From: Bacteroidales bacterium
Lineage (GTDB): Bacteria; Bacteroidota; Bacteroidia; Bacteroidales; JAADGE01
Direction of reading: 5' to 3'
Assembly (NCBI GenBank): GCA_029934705.1
Contig: JAOZLS010000001.1
Location: 1 to 42,745, forward strand
DNA length: 42,745 nucleotides
Position 1 is the first letter of the stretch; every line of letters begins with the position of its first letter. A model generated the notes under the pieces. That model saw only the letters and a list, made by a program, of their open reading frames with translations, had not been told where the DNA came from and ran no database searches. The position numbers and the translations under genes were made by a program. Shown here piece after piece: positions 34,236 to 41,097 of this stretch.

Positions 34236-34985
34236 ATGAAACAACTTTTACAAACTACAGCAAAAATTCTAGTTTTATTTGCTATAATAATTACAACATC
34301 GTGTAATAAGAACAAAGAAGTAGATGCTCAGTCGGCAGAAGATAACGCAAGAGGAGCATTAATTGTTGCAGATGCTTTTGCTTTCTCAAATAGTGGTTCT
34401 TCAGGTAAAGCGATAGCAGACACAACCTGCTATTCAATAGTAACAGGTTATCACTACATGGAAATTACATTTGATAACTGTAATTATAACGGAATACATA
34501 GAAACGGAACTTTAAAAATCAACCTTACAAATGACTGGTCCGACGGAGCTGTAATGAATATTGAATTTATAGATTTTACTTATGACGGAAACAGCGTAAG
34601 TGGTAAAATATCGGCAGGCTATAGAATAGATTTGAATGGAATATATTTTGAAATATTAGCCAAAAACATGTTACTAAATTTTAGCGATGGTAAGTCATTA
34701 TCATGGGAATCAAACTTAAACTTTGCTTTAAAAATAAATGGGTTTTTACCAGTTTTCGAAATTTATGGTTACTCAAGTGGTATAAATAGAGAAGGACAAG
34801 CCTTTGAAATGGAAGCAGAAGCAATTATTTTTGACCGAGCATGTGCTTGGCCTGTAAGCGGAATTTACACAATGACAATTGATAATAATATTACAACAAT
34901 TAATTTTGATGAGGACGAAAGCGGTTCTTGTAACAATATTATTAATGTTTCAAATAAATATAACAGCATAAATATTGATTTATAA
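34236..34985 (+). CDS. Hypothetical lipoprotein, paralog B of the 4-Cys family
   Basis: Lipobox IITTS-C. Collinear similarity with 33028-33822 at protein level, and about 80% at nucleotide level across the QSAED...SNS segment. Confidence 0.75.
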   Translation: MKQLLQTTAKILVLFAIIITTSCNKNKEVDAQSAEDNARGALIVADAFAFSNSGSSGKAIADTTCYSIVTGYHYMEITFDNCNYNGIHRNGTLKINLTNDWSDGAVMNIEFIDFTYDGNSVSGKISAGYRIDLNGIYFEILAKNMLLNFSDGKSLSWESNLNFALKINGFLPVFEIYGYSSGINREGQAFEMEAEAIIFDRACAWPVSGIYTMTIDNNITTINFDEDESGSCNNIINVSNKYNSINIDL

Positions 34986-35014
34986 TACATATTAATATTA
35001 TACCAAATTAACAT

Positions 35015-35053
35015 AAAAAATGCCCAGAACTTAATTGTTTTTGGGCATTTTCT
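35015..35053. terminator. Bidirectional rho-independent terminator
   Basis: tgcccagaa (35021-35029) pairs with tttttgggca (35038-35047) with one G-U pair. It is flanked by an A6 run upstream and a T run downstream, between convergent genes. Confidence 0.75.
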
Positions 35054-35066
35054 TTATTATATACCT

Positions 35067-35744
35067 TTACTTAATAAACTTATAACCAACACCTTTTACT
35101 GTTTTAATATAATCTTCGTTAATTTTTTCTCGTAATTTTCTTATATGAACATCAATTGTTCTGTCGCCAACAACAACGTCTTCGCCCCAAATTTTAGAAT
35201 ATATTTCGTCTCTAGTAAATATTTTACCTGGGTTTGATGCTAATAAAAATAATAATTGAAATTCTTTTTTAGGAAGAGATAACTCTTTCTTTTTATAAGT
35301 TACTAAATAATTAGTCTTATCAATTTTAAGAGCCTTATACTTAATAGTTTCATTATCGTTTTCATGCTTTTTATCAAACCTTTTTAATAAAGCCTTAATT
35401 TTACTAACAAAAACAGTAGGATTAATTGGCTTTGTAATATATGCATCAGCTCCAGCATCCAAACCTGCCAATTGGCTATAATCCTCGGCTCTAGCACTTA
35501 AAAAAACTATAAGAGTTTCGTCTAATTTACTTACCTCCCTTATTTTAGTACAAGTTTCAATGCCATCAATTTCAGGCATCATAACATCTAAAACAATTAA
35601 ATTTGGAACAATTTTTTTTGCAGTTTTAAAAGCAGATTTACCATTCATTTCTGTATAAACCTTATAACCTTCTTTTTTAAGATTATAAGACAAAAACTCT
35701 AGTATATCTTTTTCGTCATCAACTAATAAAATTTTTTTAGACAT
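35067..35744 (-). CDS. OmpR/PhoB-family response regulator
   Basis: Receiver motifs are LLVDDEKDILEF, LIVLDVMMPEIDG and ITKP. The winged-helix part is RTIDVHIRKLREKI...VKGVGYKF. Confidence 0.9.
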   Translation of the reverse strand: MSKKILLVDDEKDILEFLSYNLKKEGYKVYTEMNGKSAFKTAKKIVPNLIVLDVMMPEIDGIETCTKIREVSKLDETLIVFLSARAEDYSQLAGLDAGADAYITKPINPTVFVSKIKALLKRFDKKHENDNETIKYKALKIDKTNYLVTYKKKELSLPKKEFQLLFLLASNPGKIFTRDEIYSKIWGEDVVVGDRTIDVHIRKLREKINEDYIKTVKGVGYKFIK

Positions 35745-35755
35745 GTATTATTCTA

Positions 35756-36682
35756 TTAAATTTTCCTTTTAAGGCTAAATGTAAAAGTAGAACCTTTTCC
35801 TAATTCACTATTTACAATAATTTTTTGTTTATGCGAGTCAATAATATGTTTTACAATTGAAAGTCCTAAGCCTGAACCACCAAACTCCTTTGACCTACTT
35901 TTATCTCCTCTATAAAAACGCTCAAAAATATGAGAAATATCTTTTTTGCTTATTCCAATTCCATCGTCAGCAACATCAATAAAAACTTTATTAAAGGCTG
36001 CTCTAGTTGAAACTTTAACAATTCCTCCCTTATTTCCATATTTAATAGCATTGGTAATTAAATTCATTAAAACTTCTACTACTTTTTCTTTATCAGCCTC
36101 AACAAAGCAACTTTCACAAAGCGGATTTAATACTAAATCAACTAAATTATTATCTGCCTTTATTTGGAGCATATCAAAAACATCCTGAATAACAACATGT
36201 ATATCAAACAGTTCAATTTCAAGTTTAGCATTTCCACTTTCTAATTTAGAAATAACATCTAAATCTTGAACAACAGAAATTAACCTATTCACATTTTTTT
36301 CTGTCCTTTTCAAATATTTCACATTAATTTCTTTATCGTTAACGCCACCATTTACTAAAGTGTTTACATAACCCTGAATATTAAAAATTGGAGTTTTAAG
36401 CTCATGAGCAACATTGCCCATAAATTCCTTTCTAAACTTTTCGTTAGCTTTTAGCAATTTAATTTCGGCATATTTATTATCAGAAATAACTGTTTTACTA
36501 ATAAATTTTAATATAAAATAAAAAAATGAAATTAATATGAAAAAAAGTAATACACAAACTTCTATTTTAGATAATACATAATATTCAGGAAAAAAAGTAT
36601 TAACAAAAGTTATTGTAGCAGCAGCAAAAACAGCTATAAAGGCAAGGATTACTGATATATAGAAATTATTAATTGAACTCAT
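35756..36682 (-). CDS. Sensor histidine kinase (two TM helices, HisKA and HATPase_c domains)
   Basis: H-box MGNVAHELKTP, N-box NLITNAIKYG and G-boxes DDGIGI / GGSGLGLSIV. The track start 36694 is a TTG, and ATG at 36680-36682 (MSSINNFY...) is preferred. Confidence 0.9.
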   Translation of the reverse strand: MSSINNFYISVILAFIAVFAAATITFVNTFFPEYYVLSKIEVCVLLFFILISFFYFILKFISKTVISDNKYAEIKLLKANEKFRKEFMGNVAHELKTPIFNIQGYVNTLVNGGVNDKEINVKYLKRTEKNVNRLISVVQDLDVISKLESGNAKLEIELFDIHVVIQDVFDMLQIKADNNLVDLVLNPLCESCFVEADKEKVVEVLMNLITNAIKYGNKGGIVKVSTRAAFNKVFIDVADDGIGISKKDISHIFERFYRGDKSRSKEFGGSGLGLSIVKHIIDSHKQKIIVNSELGKGSTFTFSLKRKI

Positions 36683-36735
36683 AAAACTTAACAATTACTT
36701 AACAATACAATTCTAAAAAAATGCTTTAAACAAAC

Positions 36736-36751
36736 TAACTTTGCAAAGTTA
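36736..36751. promoter_or_regulatory. 16-bp perfect palindrome TAACTTTGCAAAGTTA, giving a -7 box on both strands in the divergent HK/PiT promoter region
   Basis: It reads TAacTTTG on the plus strand (31 nt before ATG 36775) and TAacTTTG on the minus strand (about 60 nt before ATG 36682). Confidence 0.45.
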
Positions 36752-36774
36752 ATATTTAATTAATTAGAAAAAAT

Positions 36775-39027
36775 ATGGAAACTATATTTATTATAATGAT
36801 TGGCATTTTAATAATGCTTGCAATAACCGATTTAGTAGTAGGAGTTAGTAACGATGCTGTAAATTTTTTAGTATCGGCAATTGGCTCAAAAGCAGCACCA
36901 CTACGAACAATTATGATTATTGCTGGTGTTGGAGTTTTATTTGGAGCAACATTTTCAAATGGAATGATGGAAGTTGCCCGAAAAGGAATTTTTCATCCTG
37001 AGTTATTTTCATTTAACGAAATTATGGTAATATTTTTAGCAGTAATGCTTACTGATATTATTTTGTTAGATGTATTCAACACTCTTGGAATGCCGACCTC
37101 AACAACGGTTTCAATTGTATTTGAATTATTAGGTTCGGCATTAGCAATGTCTATATTTTTAGTTTACAAAAACGACCAAGACGCTTCCGAAATAGCAAAT
37201 TATATAAACTCTGGGCGGGCATTACTTATTATTGCTGGAATATTGCTGTCAATAATTTTTGCTTTTACAGCAGGAGCAATAGCACAATTTCTTTCTCGTA
37301 TTTTATTTTCGTTTAAAACAGAAAAATCATTCAAATACTACGGTGCATTATGGGGAGGCTTTGCTATTACTGCAATAACGTATTTTATTTTAATAAAAGG
37401 AATTAAAGGTTCGAGTTTTGCTGAAGGGGGAATGTATGAATATATAAAAAGTAACACCTTTCAAATTTTAATATTTAGTTTTATAGCTTGGTCAATAATT
37501 TTAGCGATTCTCCAATTTTTCACAAAAGTAAACATCTTAAAAATTATTGTATTAACCGGAACTTTTGCATTAGCTATGGCATTTGCTGGTAACGATTTAG
37601 TAAACTTTATTGGAGTACCATTAGCAGGAATAGAGTCGTATAAAGCATGGGCAACATCGGGCAGCCCAACTCCTGATACATTTATGATGTCAAGTTTAAG
37701 TGCAAAAGTAGGCACACCTACATTGTACTTACTTATAGCAGGAATAATAATGGTTTTAACACTATGGATGTCTAAAAAGGCTCGTTCGGTAACCGAAACA
37801 TCTTTAGCACTAAGTAGGCAAAGTGAAGGACACGAAAGGTTTGAATCTTCACTTATATCACGCTCAATTGTAAGAATAACGATGAATACCGCCCAAAGTA
37901 TATCAGCAATTATGCCTAAACAGTTAAACAAAATAATTGATAAACGTTTTGAACCACAAATAATTGATGAGACAAAAAGCAAAGAAGATGCAATATCATT
38001 TGATTTAATTAGAGCATCGGTAAATTTAATGGTTGCAGGAATATTAATTTCAATAGGAACATCGCTTAAATTACCACTTTCAACAACTTATGTTACATTT
38101 ATGGTAGCAATGGGTACTTCACTTGCCGACAGGGCTTGGGGACGAGAGAGTGCTGTTTATAGAGTTTCAGGAGTTTTATCAGTTATTGCTGGTTGGTTTA
38201 TTACTGCATTTGTTGCACTAACAGTTTCGTTTATTGTTGCTTTTATTATAAAATTTGGAGGTATTGTAGCAGTATTTATTCTTTTAGCAATTGGAGTATT
38301 TTATGCTATAAAATCGCAAAAACTACATAAAAAGAAAAAAGCAGAGTCAGATGAAAGAAATAAAATTGAAAATTATGTATCTGCTGATGATAATATTTTT
38401 GAAAGATGCTCAAATAACGTTATAAATATATTAAATTCAATTGATAACATGTATTTAGAAACAATTGAAGCTTTAGGAAAGCAAGACCGTAAAAAGTTAA
38501 AAAAACTAAGTAAAGACATCAACTCAATAAATAAAAAATCAAAAATCTTAAAAGATAATATTTTTAATACTGTAAATAAACTTCAAGAAGGCTCAATTGA
38601 AACTGCTCCATATTATGTTCAAGTATTAGACTATTTACGAGAAACATCTCTGGCTCTTTTTCATATTATAGAACCAGCTTATGATCATGTTGACAATAAC
38701 CACAAACCTTTACTTGATGCACAAATAGAAGGACTAAAACTTATTGCTGAAACAATTAATTCTTTAGCAAAAAACATTAATAAGGCTATAAAAGAAAATG
38801 ATTATAATCAGTACGAAGATAATATTATGAATATTCAGTCAGATTTATTATCGTATTTAATTGAGGCGCGTAAAGTTCATATTAAAAGAATAAAAAATAA
38901 GGATGTTAGCACAAGAAATAGCATGCTTTATTTGAATATTCTTGCAGAAACTAAAAACATTGCTCTTTATTCAATAAATACATATAAATATCATAGAGAT
39001 TTTATTATTGGAACAAAAGAACAGTAA
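36775..39027 (+). CDS. PiT (PHO4)-family inorganic phosphate transporter with a helical cytoplasmic C-terminal extension of about 235 aa
   Basis: Duplicated PHO4-like signatures GVSNDAVNFLVSAIGS and AGNDLVNFIGVPLAG. There are many TM helices up to about aa 510, followed by a charged helical domain. Confidence 0.8.
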   Translation: METIFIIMIGILIMLAITDLVVGVSNDAVNFLVSAIGSKAAPLRTIMIIAGVGVLFGATFSNGMMEVARKGIFHPELFSFNEIMVIFLAVMLTDIILLDVFNTLGMPTSTTVSIVFELLGSALAMSIFLVYKNDQDASEIANYINSGRALLIIAGILLSIIFAFTAGAIAQFLSRILFSFKTEKSFKYYGALWGGFAITAITYFILIKGIKGSSFAEGGMYEYIKSNTFQILIFSFIAWSIILAILQFFTKVNILKIIVLTGTFALAMAFAGNDLVNFIGVPLAGIESYKAWATSGSPTPDTFMMSSLSAKVGTPTLYLLIAGIIMVLTLWMSKKARSVTETSLALSRQSEGHERFESSLISRSIVRITMNTAQSISAIMPKQLNKIIDKRFEPQIIDETKSKEDAISFDLIRASVNLMVAGILISIGTSLKLPLSTTYVTFMVAMGTSLADRAWGRESAVYRVSGVLSVIAGWFITAFVALTVSFIVAFIIKFGGIVAVFILLAIGVFYAIKSQKLHKKKKAESDERNKIENYVSADDNIFERCSNNVINILNSIDNMYLETIEALGKQDRKKLKKLSKDINSINKKSKILKDNIFNTVNKLQEGSIETAPYYVQVLDYLRETSLALFHIIEPAYDHVDNNHKPLLDAQIEGLKLIAETINSLAKNINKAIKENDYNQYEDNIMNIQSDLLSYLIEARKVHIKRIKNKDVSTRNSMLYLNILAETKNIALYSINTYKYHRDFIIGTKEQ

Positions 39028-39043
39028 TAGGAACTCATAAAAC

Positions 39044-39084
39044 AATATATAGCATTACATTTACTGTAATGCTATATATTTATT
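39044..39084 (+). terminator. Probable terminator hairpin of the PiT gene
   Basis: 16-bp AT-rich perfect stem (39044-39059 / 39065-39080) with loop tttac. The U-tract that follows is short and interrupted (tattcgc after the stem). Confidence 0.55.
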
Positions 39085-39100
39085 CGCAATACTAACTTAA

Positions 39101-39175
39101 ACCGAAGCCTTCGGTCAATGTTTTGACTTTGATAAAATCAACTACGAAAAGCAATGAGCAACCGAAGGCTTCGGT
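39101..39175. repeat. Pair of 15-nt palindromic GC-rich elements (accgaagccttcggt and accgaaggcttcggt) that are reverse complements of each other
   Basis: Read directly at 39101-39115 and 39161-39175, separated by 45 nt. Each can fold on itself, or the two can pair with each other. Confidence 0.6.
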
Positions 39176-39188
39176 GAAATACATGAAA

Positions 39189-39264
39189 TCATCGTATCAC
39201 TATGTTAATAAACAGCTAATTAAATGATTTTTTTAGTGATTTAATTAAGAAAGTGATACGATGA
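39189..39264. repeat. Nested inverted repeats forming an extended hairpin of about 76 nt
   Basis: Outer 12-bp stem tcatcgtatcac (39189-39200) / gtgatacgatga (39253-39264). Inner 9-bp stem taattaaat (39217-39225) / atttaatta (39239-39247). Confidence 0.6.
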
Positions 39265-39332
39265 CTATCAGTTCTTATGAGTTTTAACCGTTCCTCGCCA
39301 CAGCGTAGCACGGGGCATAGCTTTATATTTTC

Positions 39333-40025
39333 TCATTCCCAAAAGAATATCTTACCACCATCGTATAAGTAGTTACGATGAAGTGATATTATTTGAAAAC
39401 CATTATTTTTTGCTGCATTATGCAAAACATCTGCATCTTTATGTAAATCAATATTACCATTAAAAAATAGTTTATCCTTTATTCTACCATGAGTTCCTCC
39501 TAAAAATCCGTATTTATGACCTACTATAGATATTTTTTCAGGAGTAAAATAATCGCAAATCAAGCCTTGATGTTTAATGCTTTTTTGAATTCCAAGGTCT
39601 GAAGTTATATAATGTTTATTGCTTAAGTGTATTAAACTACAGGCTGTATATGCTTGTGGTAAATCGACAAATATTTTATTCTTATGCAAGTCTAAAATAG
39701 TTTTATCGGTAAATCCTTTTTTATGAAATAAATATTTAGATGAGGCAATGCAATTATATGGAGTAGAAGCTTTTAAATCACCTCCAATACTTGTTTTTCC
39801 AAAAGAAAAATCAATTGAATTATTTTCAAGAAACAGAATAAGTTCTTTTGGCGAATTTGGTGCAAGAATTGTATTATTTTCATCCTGAAAAATAAAAACA
39901 TCAGGATGCCCCGAAATTGATTCATAAGTAATATTTTCACTTTTAAACAAAAAAATATTATCACAATATTTTGCTAAATTCTCAATTGCTTCTTTCGGAC
40001 TTCTTGCATCAATTACTGCAATCAT
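39333..40025 (-). CDS. Hypothetical protein of 230 aa, translationally coupled to the upstream radical SAM gene
   Basis: ATG at 40023-40025 lies inside the last 17 nt of the radical SAM ORF. Local motifs are ISGHPDVFIF and YGFLGGTHGR. I have no confident family assignment. Confidence 0.65.
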   Translation of the reverse strand: MIAVIDARSPKEAIENLAKYCDNIFLFKSENITYESISGHPDVFIFQDENNTILAPNSPKELILFLENNSIDFSFGKTSIGGDLKASTPYNCIASSKYLFHKKGFTDKTILDLHKNKIFVDLPQAYTACSLIHLSNKHYITSDLGIQKSIKHQGLICDYFTPEKISIVGHKYGFLGGTHGRIKDKLFFNGNIDLHKDADVLHNAAKNNGFQIISLHRNYLYDGGKIFFWE

Positions 40026-41025
40026 TTATTTGATATTTAGATAATAATGGGTTGGATTTAAACTTTATTTTAATGTTTTTTTCGGCAAAATGCTCTATAT
40101 TTTCTTTTTTATAACCTATTGCATAATTTATTTGTTTGCTATTTACCTCAAAACAAAATTCTTGTTTATTAGAATTTTTAATTTTTTCCGTAATAATATC
40201 TTTCCAAATAGAACTCATTACTAACTCTTTAAAAGAATTATGCAAAGGTCCGGCAATATATGATTTGCCCTCGGTTAATTCGTCGGATGGATGAAGCCCA
40301 ACTCTAAGAATTGTGATATTGTTATCTTCAAAAATTTTATACACTGCTTTTGAAATAATAACTGCCTCTGGAATTGATAATGGTTTATACCTTCCTGTTT
40401 GGTACAATTTTTCGAGTGCTGTACCTTTCACTATTATTGTTGGGTAAATTCTAGTATTATCAGCTTTTAGTTTTACAATTGTTTGGGCTGTTTTTATTGA
40501 TTTTTCAAGAGAATCGCCAGGTAATCCAATCATCATTTGTAATCCCAAATCGAAGCCTCGCTTTTTTATTAAAAAGGCTGCATTTTCAATGGCATCGTAA
40601 GAATGTCCTCGTCCTGATTTTAAAAGAACGGTATTATCTGTAGATTGTGCTCCAAGTTCTATAGTTTTTACTCCATATTTTTCTAATAAATCTAAAATTT
40701 CATTATCAATATAATCTGGTCTGGTAGAGAGCCTAATTGATTGCACTTTTCCTAATTTTATAAATTTATTTGCTTCTATTAAATATTCTTCTTGAAGTTG
40801 AAGGGGAATGCCGGTAAAACTTCCACCAAAAAATGCAATTTCAACATTTGTATTATTAGAAATAGTACTTAAATACTGGTTTACAATATTATTTATTTCA
40901 GAAGGCGGAGGAGCCTCAACTGTTCCACTAATTTTTTGTTGGTTACAAAACACACATTGATGTGGGCAGGCTAACTCAGGAATAAAAATTGGAATATTAA
41001 CGTGTTTCTTCTTTTTCACAAACAA
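40009..41025 (-). CDS. Radical SAM protein, ELP3-like catalytic domain without an acetyltransferase domain
   Basis: IPIFIPELACPHQCVFCNQ (CxxxCxxC), FFGGSFTG, RLSTRPD, ELGAQS and MIGLPGD. No in-frame ATG precedes the cluster motif, so the start is TTG 41025 or GTG 41019. Confidence 0.85.
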   Translation of the reverse strand: MFVKKKKHVNIPIFIPELACPHQCVFCNQQKISGTVEAPPPSEINNIVNQYLSTISNNTNVEIAFFGGSFTGIPLQLQEEYLIEANKFIKLGKVQSIRLSTRPDYIDNEILDLLEKYGVKTIELGAQSTDNTVLLKSGRGHSYDAIENAAFLIKKRGFDLGLQMMIGLPGDSLEKSIKTAQTIVKLKADNTRIYPTIIVKGTALEKLYQTGRYKPLSIPEAVIISKAVYKIFEDNNITILRVGLHPSDELTEGKSYIAGPLHNSFKELVMSSIWKDIITEKIKNSNKQEFCFEVNSKQINYAIGYKKENIEHFAEKNIKIKFKSNPLLSKYQINDCSN

Positions 41026-41038
41026 TAAATTTAGTTTG

Positions 41039-41046
41039 CAAAAATA
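41039..41046 (-). promoter_or_regulatory. -7 box TAttTTTG (minus strand) for the radical SAM operon
   Basis: Plus-strand caaaaata is TATTTTTG on the minus strand, ending 13 nt upstream of TTG 41025. A second candidate (TAaaTTTG) lies at 41067-41074. Confidence 0.4.
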
Positions 41047-41097
41047 ACCAATTATACAGTTATCAACAAATTTACACCAACGTATAATTAAAATTTT

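Noticed and set aside
33028-34985. Diversity-generating retroelement (template/variable repeat) reading of the two similar lipoprotein genes
   Set aside because: No reverse transcriptase or accessory gene is nearby. The similarity is spread over the whole proteins and is not an adenine-specific mismatch pattern in a short C-terminal repeat. Ordinary tandem duplication explains it.
37461-37982. 173-aa ORF on the minus strand inside the PiT gene
   Set aside because: It is fully antisense to a well-supported transporter CDS. Its composition is low-complexity and Ile/Leu/Phe/Asn-rich with no motif, and it has no promoter box or signal. It is a typical shadow ORF of an AT-rich genome.
39101-39175. 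Possible CRISPR array or repeat-spacer structure from the repeated ccgaagccttcgg motif
   Set aside because: There are only two copies, in inverted rather than direct orientation. They are 15 nt long, and no cas genes lie in the window.
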